This document shows, piece after piece, positions 25,621 to 38,605 of a stretch of DNA of 64,000 nucleotides. The stretch's first letter is position 1, and each line of letters starts with the position of its first letter. The stretch lies in NCBI RefSeq assembly GCF_006345805.1, contig NC_043006.1, positions 42,532,001 to 42,596,000 of the forward strand. The letters run 5' to 3'. The notes below the pieces were generated by a model. That model saw only the letters and a list, made by a program, of their open reading frames with translations, was not told where the DNA came from and made no database searches. Both the position numbers and the translations under genes were made by a program. Source of the DNA: Octopus sinensis (taxonomy: Eukaryota).

Positions 25621-27765
25621 CATCAGTTTTATTTAACCGTCGCCCAAACTACATAGGTAAATAATTCATAGTAGTAAAACTAAACGCGTTCTAACAGAGA
25701 TTGTAAAGGTGTACCGGTTGGGAAATGGACAGCAATTCAAGCATAGAAAATTGAGTTTCAGATTTACAACGTTTATGAAAGCGAAGTTTACATAAATGTC
25801 TTTGTAAAGTGAATTGAGTAATTTGTATGTGGTGGAAAATGCACTTTATATGATGTTCATCTATTAATGTTCTTCTGTAAATGTCAAAGTGGTTAGTGCG
25901 GATAATGTCACTGCAGTGAAAGAGGAGGGAAACTACACATACAGTTTTTAACGGAAAGTTAGGAGAAAATGATATACTGTGAATTAAATATTCATGACGA
26001 TTTGCCGAAGGATGCGTAGGATTGTAATAGCTATGAAGTTACAGTGACTGTGATTGCAAAATATGCTGGCTCTAATAGAAGGATGTAAGCGATGATTGTA
26101 AAGTTACCTTCGACCGACGCCATGTTCATTTAATTTTTTCGAAAGACGTGTAGCAAGATTATTTATGCTGACTTCTCGAAAACGTGTGAGTTTGTAATAA
26201 GCTATTGAATTTAGTTTGACAATAAATGCAAACTTGTTATTTATGGGTTCGAATCAGCCTCGAACATATCCATCTATTATTATGACTATGATAGTAAGGC
26301 TGTTACATCTGACAAAAGGCTGCGGGCAATGGCTGCTAAGTTTGCCTTCGACTGAAGTCGTGTGTATCTAACTTTTCGAGAGATGTGTAGCTTATAACTA
26401 CTGAAGCTGCAATGGCTGTGGATGTGAAAAGCTATTACATCCGACGAAAGGAAGTCTCACTGCTGGCTACACCTCGGGCGACACACTCTATTATAACGTG
26501 ACAGATTTCAAAACTAATCAATACAAGAGAACTAACGGCAAATATTGCATAGGCCTTTTATATTAACAGCATAATTAAATTAATTTATGCACGAATATGC
26601 TTCATTGTTGACACAGTTCATATCTGAGGTGAATAATCCCGAATTCCGTTTCGGTAGTATTAATGAATCCGGCGTTCGATATGGAACATAATACTGACGG
26701 TAAGCAATTTTTCAAAGGCATGTCGAAATTTGTGCTACTAGACTAAGCAGCAAACAATTTTCAGTGAAATGTTCGTTCTGAATCATGACACCAACGCCAA
26801 ACGATTTTCGAAGAAATACGTTTTTTTTTGTCATTGCAAATTATTAAATTGATAATGCATGCATTTCTATACAAGTTACTCAGACGAATTTAGCTGTGTC
26901 CGAGTTAGTATACACTACAGAAAAAATTAAAGCTAGAAGCTATTAATCTCTTTATGGATATAAGTATTCTTTCTCTGATGAAAGTCTAAGAAAACCAGAA
27001 ACTAGTCCAAGATCACTAGAAACTAGTCAGTTAAAACGCTCTTTTTCTGCCAATGAATGTGTGTGCGTGTATTTAGTTTACTGTTCACAGGGATGCTTAA
27101 AAAGACGTCTTTGCACCGCATCCCAAATCTCGATTAGACGATTTAATACTCCTTAGATTCATGTGCGTCTATCTAGTGTATAGTTCCGGTTATACCTTAG
27201 ACAATTGATATTTCTCATTGATATATAAAGCAACTACTTTGTTCCTCTGTCATTTCTTGCTCGATATATGTACAATTCCATCATGGCGTCAACAAATGCT
27301 AGACGTTTTATGACTAACATTAGTTCAACAGCGGCTAATGAAGTGAATTGTCACCGAAACACCAAAATGTCTCGCATGATCGATTCGATCATGCATGTAT
27401 ATATAAGCATATACATGCATAGCAACATATATTTCTATGTGTGTGTATGTGTGTATACGTGTGTGTGTATGTGTGTGTACCTGTGTGCTTGTGTGCATGT
27501 GAATGTATATGCATATTACCTTACTTGGTCTTGTATTGCTTCAACATAGCTAACAGTGCGATTGCATTTCTTACAAATTCCAAGTTTTACATACAATTTT
27601 GCTCTGATATCATAAAAGATTTTAAACAATAACCTGAATGTCACATACTTAAAAGAAAAATAATAATAATCTTAATAAATAAAAAAAATATATATGTAAA
27701 AATGAACAAAAATAATTTTTAAAATTGTGAACATCTCAGTATCTTTGTCAGAGATTTTATTTTAC

Positions 27766-27766
27766 C

Positions 27767-27807
<41 letters not shown>

Positions 27808-27826
27808 CAACAACAACAACAACAAC

Positions 27827-27887
<61 letters not shown>

Positions 27888-29012
27888 GTAAAAGAATGAA
27901 ACGGAATTCTAACAAACTTTGTATTTTAATCTGCTTCAGGCTAATTTCGCAAACAACAAACTAGATTTGTCAACATTTTTGTATGTGTGGTTTTTGTATG
28001 TTTTTTTCTTAGAAGATGGGAGTTGATGTAAGGGTGTTTATATGCTTTTTCTTTTTTTTTTTTTTGGCAAGTGTGTGTATGTATGCGTACGTATTTGTGT
28101 TTTAGTTATATAAGTGTGTACTTATATGTATGTCTATATGTATACATATACAAACGCATGTACACACTCACACACACATATGTATTTACATATATATATA
28201 TATATATATATATATACGTAAATATATTTAAATTTACATAATTATATACACGCGTATGTACATATAATACATAACACATGGTAAAGTATATAAATATATA
28301 TGTATATATATATGTATATGTATATATATACATATATATATACATTTATATATATATATATTTATATATGTATATATACGTATATATGTATATGTGTGTA
28401 TGTATATGTATATATATGTATATCTGTATGTATATATATGTATATGTATATATATATACATTTATATATGTATGTATATTTATATATGTATATATATATA
28501 TGTATTATATATGTAGATATGTATATATGTATGTGTGCGTGTGTTTGTATATGTATATATATGTGTATATATGTGTATATATATGTATATGTATATATAT
28601 ATATGTGTGTATGTATATATATACATATATATGTGTGTGTATATATATGTATATATATATATAATATATATATATATACAATATATATACATACATACAT
28701 ACATACATACATACATACATACAAACATACATGCACACACACATGCCCACATACTACATATGAGTGAAAGAAGAAATATAATATAATTCCCAAAGAACCA
28801 TAAACAGCTAGAAGCCATTGTTTGTTGTTTGGAAGAAATCCTCCAGTTACTTAGTTACTTTTTACTTCTCCCACTTCTCAAGAACAATCATTATTATTAT
28901 CATTATTATCATCATCATCATTATTATTACTATTATTACTATTATTATTATCATCATTATCATCATCATCATCATCATCATCTTCATCTTCATCATCATC
29001 ATCATTATTATT
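27766..29012. repeat. (AAT/AAC)n, long TA/TG mosaic, (ATT/ATC)n
   Basis: Directly visible. Confidence 0.9.
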
Positions 29013-29491
29013 AGTATATATATTTTTTTCTTTTCCTTCTTTCTGCATCGTCTTCATTATTCTTACTTTTAATGTCGTCAGACACAACCGTGTATATTTG
29101 CTGTTAATTCTAATGTTTTGTGTTGTGTTTTTCAACCATTATTAAGTATTTTCCAGAAAATATGTCATCTGCCTATCTGACAATGAAAGGAAGAAAGAAA
29201 GAATCAAGCAACCAAAACGAAAGAAAAAAATTTAACTTGAACTAGCTGTTTAGCCTAAAACAATGTAATTTATTCATGTGTACGTGTGCGTGCGTGCGTG
29301 CGTGTGTGTATATGTGTGTATGTAGAAGAAGAGTGCACATCCAAGGACGCTTACATGTTACATGTACAAGTGTATATATTTGTGTATGTGTGTATATATA
29401 TCTATATATATTTCAAATTTTTGGCACACGGCCAGTAAGTTCGGGGGTTGGGTTAGCTTATTGCATCAACCCCAGTTCCAAGCTGGTACTT

Positions 29492-30409
29492 ATCCCATAA
29501 ATAATGCAGTTTTTTAAAAATTTCATGAACTAAAAGTCGGAGGGGAACGGGATAAACATACTGCATCAATTTGCTATAAAAGCAGGCAGTAATTTTACCT
29601 TGTACTTATTCTTAGTGCAAGTTTTGAAGAGTGCAGTTCGATTTTAATAGCTATTTTTTCAAAGCTATATTGGAAATGACAAAGGAGCATATTCGGCATA
29701 TTTTGCTTTATGAGTTCAATAAAGGCCACAACGCAACGGAAAGTGTGAGGAATATTAATGCAGTATATGGGGATCGGACAATAAGCGTAAGCCAGTGTCA
29801 ACGGTATTTCCAGAAATAATTCTGAGCCGGAAACTACAGCCTAGAAGATGAGTCTCTTCCTGGAAGATCTATTGAGGTTGACGAGAACTTCCAGCAACAC
29901 CTGGCGGAACAAAATCCCATCGTAATTGTTGAGGAACTAGTAGAGAAGCTTGGATTTGATCATTCGACCATTCATCGACACCTGCGTGCTGTCGGAAAAG
30001 CCAGCAAATTTAGTCAGTGGGGTCCTCACAAACTTTCCGAGTCTTTATGCTCGGCCACATACAATGAGGATGACATTCCAAAGGCTGGAACAGTTTGAAT
30101 GAGGAAGATGCCTCACTCATCATATTCGCCGGATATTGCCCCATCTGATTCTCATTTATTTCGCAGTCTTCAAAATCATTTGGACGGAAAGAATATGAAT
30201 TCTGTAGAAGACGTCCGAACAGTACTGCAGAAGTATTTTTCGTCATGGACAAGTGAATTTTGGAAGAGGGGCCTTGCAAGTCTACTACATAGATGGAAGA
30301 GCATTGTAGAAAATGATAGAGAGTATATTTTAGATTAAAAAGGAACTTTGTTTCTCTTACTTTTGAAAAATAAAAGAACTATTAAAAAACGCATTATCTA
30401 TGGGATGAC

Positions 30410-30413
<4 letters not shown>
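29492..30413 (+). mobile_element. Internally deleted mariner, left TIR clipped
   Basis: Right TIR GCATTATCTATGGGATGACCCAA-TA; left ATCCCATAAATAATGC; MTKEHIRHILLYEFNKG and YSPDIAPSDSHLFRSLQNHL. Confidence 0.9.
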
Positions 30414-30453
<40 letters not shown>

Positions 30454-30859
30454 TACATACATATATATATATATACATACATATATACATGCATGCATAC
30501 ATACATACATACATACATACATACATACATACATACATACATACATACATGCAAACTTGTTACCAATTCAAGTACATTCGAGGCACGTTCGAACCCGTAA
30601 GAAAGCTATTCACTGTATTTTGTGACGGAGAAAATCTTCAGGCTTTCCTGCAACAATAAAATATTTAATAAACAGCCCTAGCTACTGTAAAACTTTCTTA
30701 ACTAGTGGATTTAGAAATATAATTACATCTCGCATCCCGTCCTCAACCCAATGGAAAAGGTCTTATCGAAATATAGTATGGTTGACACAGCCTTTTCACT
30801 AAAAATAAAATGGGATATAGCAAGAGATATCCTTATTCTATCAGACAAACACAGCAATC

Positions 30860-31140
30860 CTGACCAAATATACAGAGAAAAAGAAGTGAGCTGACGACAA
30901 TAACATAGTTTAATTCTGGAAAGTTCTAAGCCCTATGCTATCAGCTAACAAAGTTAAATACGAAGCAGACAAAATACACTGGACCTGGAGGGGTCGTAGT
31001 TCTAAAATCACAATCAGTGCGTGACCTGGGCATTGCTATTAGTGGTGATGCATCCTTCTATGTACATATTACTGAGTTGGCAATGAAATGTAGGCGGTTG
31101 ACCAGATAGATCTTTAGAACTTTCAGAACTAGAGAACAAA
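30860..31140 (+). mobile_element. CR1-type LINE RT C-terminal fragment
   Basis: Translates to KYTGPGGVVVLKSQSVRDLGIAISGDASFYVHITELAMKCRRL..IFRTFRTRE. Confidence 0.75.
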
Positions 31141-31479
31141 CACAGTCATAAAATTAGTTGTATCAGCACTAGCAGTATGCATAGTACATCTCTCATAACC
31201 ATTCATAAAGCTGAAGGATGCTCCTTAGACAAATCTTGCAACGTAAAAGCAATAGTTTATGAGATTCAAGTCATTTATGTAGAATCTAACATAGAAATAA
31301 ACATAAAGGTTACATAAGCATGACAAAAAGTCAATTTAAGCAAAGATCTTATAATTATATATAATACTTCAGACAAAACGACAAAAGCAAATGCAAAATT
31401 GGTTAACTACAACTTTCTTTTTGCTTGCTGGATCTTGAGAAAAGTCGGTGTCCATGATCTTTGCGTGCCCTTCGAGACC

Positions 31480-31662
31480 GATGAAAGTTGATGCTTCTAA
31501 CGTTCAATTTAAACTGGTGCAAATCAATATTTGTAGGAAAGACATGAGCAGAGGAGATTCTAGAGGCCCATGGTCGGCTGACCTCGGAAAGATGGATTAA
31601 GAAGACCGACCAACTCTGAAGAATAGAATCCCTTATAATAGCGACAGAAAAACAGAGCGAGC

Positions 31663-31720
<58 letters not shown>

Positions 31721-32400
31721 GAAAGAGAAAGAGAGAAAGAGAGAGAACGAGAAAGAGAGAGGGGAGAGGGGGATAGAGAGAGGAAAGGGGATAACATGCT
31801 TGTAGGTCAGAGGTTGGAGCATAGCTTTGAAGAATTTGGTGCTAATCATTGCGCAGCCCTTCCTTGGATGCACCCCAAAATAATTTTGCGTAGAAGTCTG
31901 ATACGGATCGCACGTGAACTTCGTATGATGTCAACAACTGGTAGGGTCAGAAATACTTTTAGGCTATGAAGAGAAGGGCCACCCTCTGTTGTGTGGTCCC
32001 AGTTGATACCTGCAGTAATACTGAAGCCTAGTATTTGGTGCAACTATGAGGGCTCTAGCTGGGTGTCGTTCGTGTTTAGGAAGGAGTGGTACGATGGTTA
32101 TTTTTGATATGAAGAGGTTTTGAATTTTTGCTGAAGGTTACTCTTCAGGTCCGTCATTCAAGGAATAAGTGCAGTTTTGGCGTGGGCGTGTGATGTATGG
32201 AATACACGTGGATGAGACATGGTTGAGAAAGGTTTGAGAAGAATGAAGATTCGTATCATCTGCATAAGAATGGACGTTGTTAGATGTAGCGGCAAGCAAG
32301 TTGTTGCTGTACAAACGGAAAGGCGTAAGCCACAAAGCTGAACCCTGGAACACAAAAGAATTGAAAAGGGAAAAGACAATGTTCCGACGACACATGCCGC
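31480..32400 (-). mobile_element. CR1/L2-type LINE ORF2 3' remnant interrupted by (GA)n
   Basis: FQGSAL..FRLYSNNLL..VHSYADDT; ILGFSI...WDH; LQPL; AHVFPTNIDLHQFK. Confidence 0.75.
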
Positions 32401-32861
32401 GGCTGTGTGATCTGATTGAAAGCTACCAATTCAAGAGGTAAGAGAAAGACAGAGCTTGTAGGTGGACTGTTTCGAGAGAGAGGAAGAAAGAACGAAGCCA
32501 AGAAAGAGAGAGAGACAGAGACAGACAGAGACAGAGACGGAGAAAGAGACAGAGAGAGAGAGGGAGAGCGCCTATATATTTCAGAATATCATTGTTTATG
32601 GTTGTTTCTATTTTAAAGATATTAAAAGTGAGTGCAGTGAAACAGTAGTTTGCTGGGGTCAGAGGGGTTGCCTTTGTTTAGAATGAGATACACAGCAACA
32701 TATTTCTAAATATCAGGCTGTATTCCCTTAATGTGAGGAGGAGGAGGAGGGGGAGGGGGAGGGGGAGGAGAGATTAAAGAGTTAGTTGTGTATAAAGGCA
32801 AGTTCTGCTGTGCAATGCTTGAATATAATGAAAGGCACATTACACTGCAAGACAAGTTTAC

Positions 32862-33120
32862 CTTCTCAAAAGTTTTCCGATCTGTAGTGTAACCGGTGAG
32901 ATATTAGGGTTTGTTTGCGGAAGTATTCAGGTAGTTAGGGTATTAAAAGGGTCGCTTAAGATCTCCTTCGCGTTTGCAGATCAAGTAATCGAAGACTATT
33001 CGGTAGGTCGAATATAAGATGGCCACACGCCCGGCTTTAGACCGGAAAATTAGGTTTAAGAGTATTCTGTCCTTCGTCCGACGACTACCCGAGCCAGATG
33101 CTCATTAATCTGCCTGTTGT
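32862..33120. promoter_or_regulatory. CpG-rich promoter-like segment
   Basis: GCGGAAGT (ETS-like) 32917-24, AAGATGGCC (YY1-like) 33016-24, ACCGGAAAA 33041-49; minus-strand donor AAG|GTAAAC at 32862/32861. Confidence 0.35.
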
Positions 33121-33146
33121 AGATATACAGAAATTTGTTACCTATA

Positions 33147-33528
33147 TGCATAAGGCCTGAAATTGTGGGAGAGGGGATTAGTCGATTACATCGACCCCAG
33201 TGTTTCACTGGTACTTATTTAATCGACCTCGAAAGGATGAAAGGCAAAGTCGACCTCGGCGGAATTTGAACTCAGAACGTAGCGGCAGACGAAATACCTA
33301 TTTCTTTACTACCCACAAGGGGCTAAACACAGAGAGGACAAACAAGGACAGACAAACGGATTAAGTCAATTATATCGACCCAGTGCGTAACTGGTACTTA
33401 TTTAATCGACCCCAAAAGGATGAAAGGCAAAGTGGACCTCGGCGGAATTTGAACTCAGAACGTAGCGGCAGACGAAATACCACTAAGCATTTCGCCCTGC
33501 GTGCTAACGATTCAGCCAGCTCACCGCC
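33147..33528 (-). mobile_element. SINE family B dimer
   Basis: Two bodies, one head; flanked by TTACCTATA (33138-46, 33529-37). Confidence 0.88.
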
Positions 33529-34218
33529 TTACCTATAGGTAAAATAATATTAAAATAATTTAGTTTTGTAACAATTCTCATCCGAGTGAAATTTTAGTCT
33601 TTCACAGTTTTGTCACGTGTTTCACTTGAATCAATCTCAGGGTAATAATCCGGCTGTCATTTTTACTATAGAATGCCAGAATTAATCCCCTCGTGTTCTT
33701 TTACTTAGCTCCGAGCTCCTGGTTTGACTCAGGAGAACACAAGTTGGCTCTCTTAAAATTTCTCCTTTCTTTGTCTTTCACATCAACATGACATACGAAC
33801 CCTGGTGCTCTCCTTCCACAGACATCGAAAAAGCAACATAGAATAGAATCGGTTGTCTCAAATCACGAGATACATTAAGCTAATCATTTATCTGTTGCCG
33901 AAAACACGTACTTTATCTGCCTTTTCCTTTTCGCATCAGGTCAATTGTATTAATACTTTCTACAGCACAAATTAATCAATGAACAATTTTAAAACACGAA
34001 CATATGTGCACATTCTCCATAATGCATTTATGTAAATTTTTCTATATTCCATGCTTGAATTACTATCCAAGCCATGTGCTATTTAACTATTATTGAATTA
34101 TGTTCATCCTTCAACTTCAACTTCTATAACATAGAAACAGATAGAAAACTCACATCTATTTCATCACCGTTGTTATATCTGAGCATTCTCTAATTTGCTA
34201 GTTATATATATATATATA

Positions 34219-34597
34219 CGAGCAAAACGCCCGCCGTCCAATGGACGGTGATGAGTTGTCAAACATTTAAACCAAATTTTCTCAAAACAATTTGTCCGAC
34301 CGTCCCATAGGCCTCCCCTCTGAGAAACACTAATTTAACCTAAATTTGAAACACCAGCAAAAGAAGAAATAAAGATAGACTTTTTTTCTATTCCAAGAAA
34401 AACGATTTTACAAATGCATGTTCCCACGGCTTTATCGATCGCATTCTCACCTGGAATCGATTTTTATAATTTTTTCAAGACTTATACACGCCCTGATACC
34501 GTCGCTATCTACACATCAAATTTGAGCGCAATCGGACGGAGGATGCCCGACATCCTAGAAGACACACAGACAGACAGAACGGATTTTATATAATAGA
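34219..34597 (-). mobile_element. Non-autonomous Helitron (379 bp)
   Basis: On the - strand: A|TC start with (CTGT)n, subterminal hairpin CCGTCCA-T-TGGACGG (34234-48), CTCG|T end (CTRR-like), no TSD. Confidence 0.8.
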
Positions 34598-34794
34598 TAA
34601 GGTAGTTGAAACGTTAGTAACATATTAACGAATTTTTCTGGCTTTTGCCACTTTCTTACAGTGTACGAGTTAGGGTATACAGTTGACACATACAAGAGTA
34701 AAATTTGTCCAAGGTAATAATGTAGAGTAGTTGACATTCTTCTTTGTTCTTGTTTCAAACCTTTAAAGAGATGTCGAAAAGAAATATTACATTC

Positions 34795-34915
34795 ACAACT
34801 GGTACTTATTTAATCGACCCCGAAAGGATGAAAGGCAAAGTCGACCTCGGCGGAATTTGAACTCAGAACATAAAAATAGACGAAACTCTGATAAGCTTCT
34901 GCCATCTCCTCGCCT
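34795..34915 (-). mobile_element. Family B SINE fragment
   Basis: Core ATCGACCCCGAAAGGATGAAAGGCAAAGTCGACCTCGGCGG. Confidence 0.8.
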
Positions 34916-35399
34916 CGCAAAAAACATATATTGCCAACAGCAATAGTCTACAACAGGATGAAAAGTGCCACCCGCGGCGGACCGCCCCTACCGACCCCCA
35001 ACCTAGCAACGCTAATGATCAGAAGCAATTATTGATTGTCTATTTTTGAGCAAACGTCTGAAGAATCTTCGCGTTGCGCTTTAATGTTTCCCTTGACGCT
35101 TGGGTGTTGTTGTTGTTTTTGGCTGGAGTGGCAGCTGGTTGAGTTAATAAAAATATGTTTCTTGGGCTGCGTGAAGAAGTAACTTAACGACACCCGCGGA
35201 CATTTAACGGAAGATTTTATTATCGCACATGAAAACAATCTGCGTTGGCCCTTTACGGGTAACAGCAATAATTACATACTGGGGGAAAGATACTGCTTAG
35301 AGTTTACGACAAGCTGTTGATACAGAAACATGTGGCCTACCCAACATAACTGGAAACAATTATGCTATATTCGTGGCAACTTGGGGTTCCTGTCATCTA

Positions 35400-35590
35400 A
35401 CTGTGCCATCTGTCACAGCCGCCTTCCTAAATCGTTTAGCTAGTAAAAATGCGCATCGAACGGTTTTTATAGAAGACCGGAAGTCAAATTCTAGAATTTC
35501 CACGCCATTGCTTCACGCTGATTGGTCGGTTAATAGACCGATCACGTGAAACTATGCTGGTTTGTTCGTGATGTCTGACCAGGTATCAAC
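35400..35590 (+). promoter_or_regulatory. Housekeeping-type, possibly bidirectional promoter and candidate first exon
   Basis: TGCGCA 35450, ACCGGAAGT 35476-84, CGCCATTG 35503-10, CTGATTGG 35518-25, TCACGTGA 35542-49, donor CAG|GTATCA at 35582/35583; T-rich sequence follows. Confidence 0.6.
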
Positions 35591-36226
35591 AGATTCGGTT
35601 TCTAATCTCTGCTACACCCTATGCAGTTTTGATTTGTGTCTGTGAGTGAAGTGTATTACAGTTGCTTCTTCTTGTACATATATGATAAACAAGCGGGAGA
35701 GGATCAAATTCGTGGCTCAATATAACTGTCAGAATCTTGAAATTTACAAAATTCACGTTTGCAATCAATCATTAACAGTTTATTCGCCTGTTGTTTAATT
35801 TTTGTTTAATTTTGTTGTTTAATTTTGAGAAGTAGGGTTTTAGTTTAATCATTTTACTGATATATTGTTAGTATTTCTTCATTGTTGCGTATGAAGCATT
35901 TCATGTTCTGTTTTATGAGGTTTTTGTTGTGTTCTTTGAGGTAATATGCTTTTGGTTCCTACTATACACTTTACGTGTGATTTATGTATTTTTAAGTATG
36001 CTGTTTGATGCATTTATTGCACCCCTAAGAGTGCTTTTATCGTTGTAATTAGTTCATTCAGATTAAATTTTAAGTGGATGACATCCTTGTAAATTTGTCT
36101 TTGCTGTTGAGTACATTGTCAATTTTCCCAGTATTTTCGTTATCCTCCATAATGATCAATATTGCGATGATGATGTTTTGTTTTAATTATGCAAACTACA
36201 TCATGAGTATTTGTTTATTCTTGTTC

Positions 36227-36227
<1 letters not shown>

Positions 36228-36280
<53 letters not shown>

Positions 36281-36372
36281 CAATAATAATAATAATAATA
36301 ATAATAACAATAATAATAATTATTATTATTATTATCATTATTATTATTATTATTATCATTATTATTATTATT
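36228..36372. repeat. (CAT)n-(AAT)n-(ATT)n
   Basis: Directly visible; forms the 3' tail of the adjacent LINE. Confidence 0.95.
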
Positions 36373-37230
36373 GCCTTTGCACAGCTTCTAACGCTGCAGA
36401 TGCACTACAGTGTCAGCTGTTCACTACCAGCGAACTAAGGTAACACCCCTTATTTTTCGACCACCTTCCGGAGTATTCGAGCGGTTCCAAGCAGAGCTGT
36501 TTTCTGCAAGTGCTCCACTCTTATTGCGGTCCCTATTTGTTCCACGTACTTCTCGAGATTTTTGTTCACTGTTCTCAGACCACCGACAATTATTGGTACT
36601 ACTGCTACCTTTTTCATCGACCACAACTGTTTAACTTCCCAAGCTAACCTATCATATATCTCGACTTTTCTTTCTTCCTTATCGCATACCTTGTTGTCAG
36701 CTGAGCATGCTATATCTACGATCCAGCATAGTTTGTTTTCTTTCTCAATTAAGACTATGTCTGGCTTCATATTCTCTATCTCATGGTTGCACTGAATCAC
36801 AAAATCCCATAGGATCTTTGAATTTCTATTTTCGACGAGGCTTTCAGGTTTGTGGTCGTACCAATTTTTTACTCTGTCAAATTCATACTTGTTGCAAAGT
36901 GTCCAATGGACAAGCCTGGCTATATTGTCGTGGCGTCTGTTATATTAATTCTGGGTTGGTGGCGTACATTGGCTGGTAATATGCCATACGGTTTCACCGT
37001 TTTGTCCACAGATTCTGCACTTATCACTTTCTGCTATGTTGTCTGTTCTGTATTTTATGTAGTTTGTTCTTAGTGCTTGCTCTTGGGCAGCACAGATTAG
37101 AGCCTCCGTTTTCGGTTTTAAATCACTTTTAGTCATCCACAGCCATCTTTTTTCTCTGCATGTCTTATCTTCAACAGTGACCATGCATTCTTTTCTTTAC
37201 CCACCTATTTTCAGTTTCATTTCTAAGATT
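36373..37230 (-). mobile_element. 5'-truncated R4/Dong-clade LINE (CCHC knuckle plus restriction-like endonuclease)
   Basis: RWVKKRMHG, ALICAAQEQALRTN, CRIC..HITSQC, RRHDNIA, KILWDF, KPDIVL..IVDIA, LQKTALLGTARILRKV; one in-frame TAA between the two track ORFs; (AAT)n tail. Confidence 0.92.
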
Positions 37231-38043
37231 TTCAAGGACTTGGTATTGAAGTTTGATTTCAATTTATTTTCCTGTTTCGATGGTATTTCAGTTGTAGCTG
37301 GGAGTTGAAACTGAGACTGAAGAGCATAGTAAAGTCCGAGATGCAAGTGGCATAGCTAGAATGTGTGTTGCTCGCGACAACCAATGAGTTATATATAAAC
37401 TTATACAGGGTTATTCAGCAGACCCAAATGTGACGCCTAGATAGACTGCTTTTCTCCCCACCTCTAGCTATACTACTGCTAGGATGACTATATGTTGGTA
37501 GATGGTGAAGAATTTAGTTTCTTGCATATTTGGAGCAGTTTCTTCTTTGTAGAATTTGATTAGTATAATGTGTCTAATTCAATGACAATCAGATGTCTAT
37601 ATATTATCGTCAAGAGGCGAGTATTTTCTGTTAAGCCATGTTGCTTAACGCATCCATAGAATTCCTCACAAAAATAGATGATTAATGATGGAAACAATAT
37701 TCATAACACAGGAAAATGATCAAACAAACACGCAGTTGACAAACACAAGTCACGAACAGAAATAATCACCGAATTGGTGATGTGTAAATCTAACGGCCAA
37801 AATTCAAATGCTGGAAATAATATGAACTGTGTTCACATTATCCCTGACTTCTATAAATACGAAGTGACATGTTGATGATGGAATTAAGAATTATACTGTT
37901 TCCAACAAACTCAGTAGTGACGGACAGGAAATCCAAATAATCAAAGAAGGGTAAAGGGAGGAGGACGAGATGGAACGAAAGTAAGAGGAAAATCAACATG
38001 AATACCAAAAGATGTGATACTTTCTCATCCGATGCTGCTTACT

Positions 38044-38605
38044 TTTCTACACTCGGTATAAGGCCCGAAATTTTTAGGGAGAGGGCCAGTCGATTAGATC
38101 GACCCCAGCACACAACGAAGGGATGAAAGGCAAAGTCGACCTCGACGGATTAGCCAGACGAAATACTGCTAAGCATTTTGCCCGGCGTGCTAACGTTTCT
38201 TATTTCTTTATTGCCCACAAGGGGCTAAACACAGAGAGGACAAACAAGGACAGACAAACAGATTAGTCGATTATATCGACCCCAGTGCGTAACTGGTACT
38301 TATTTAATCGACCCCGAAATGATGAAAGGCAAAGTCGACCTCGGCGAAATTCGAACTCAGAACGTAGTGGCAGACGAAATACTGCTAAGCATTTTGTCCG
38401 GCGTGCTAACGTTTCTGCCAGTTCGCAGTAAAAAAAAAAAAAAGAAAGAAAGTATATATTCTTTTCTACTCTAGGCTCAAGGCCCGAAATTTTGGGAGAG
38501 AGGGCCAGTCGATTATACAAATGGTACTTAATTTGTCGACCCCAAAAGGATGAAAAGCAAAGTCAACCTCGGCGGAATTTGAACTCAAAGCGTAAAGTCT
38601 GACGA
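38044..38605 (-). mobile_element. Composite of three family B SINE units
   Basis: Flanked by ATCYGATGCTGCTTACT (38027-43, 38606-22). Confidence 0.85.

Noticed and set aside
27374-27394. Perfect 10-bp-arm hairpin GCATGATCGA-T-TCGATCATGC
   Set aside because: Isolated; no Helitron terminus or other context.
35029-35268. 79-aa ORF in the CpG-rich region
   Set aside because: No ATG start, domain or splice support; more likely UTR/promoter sequence.
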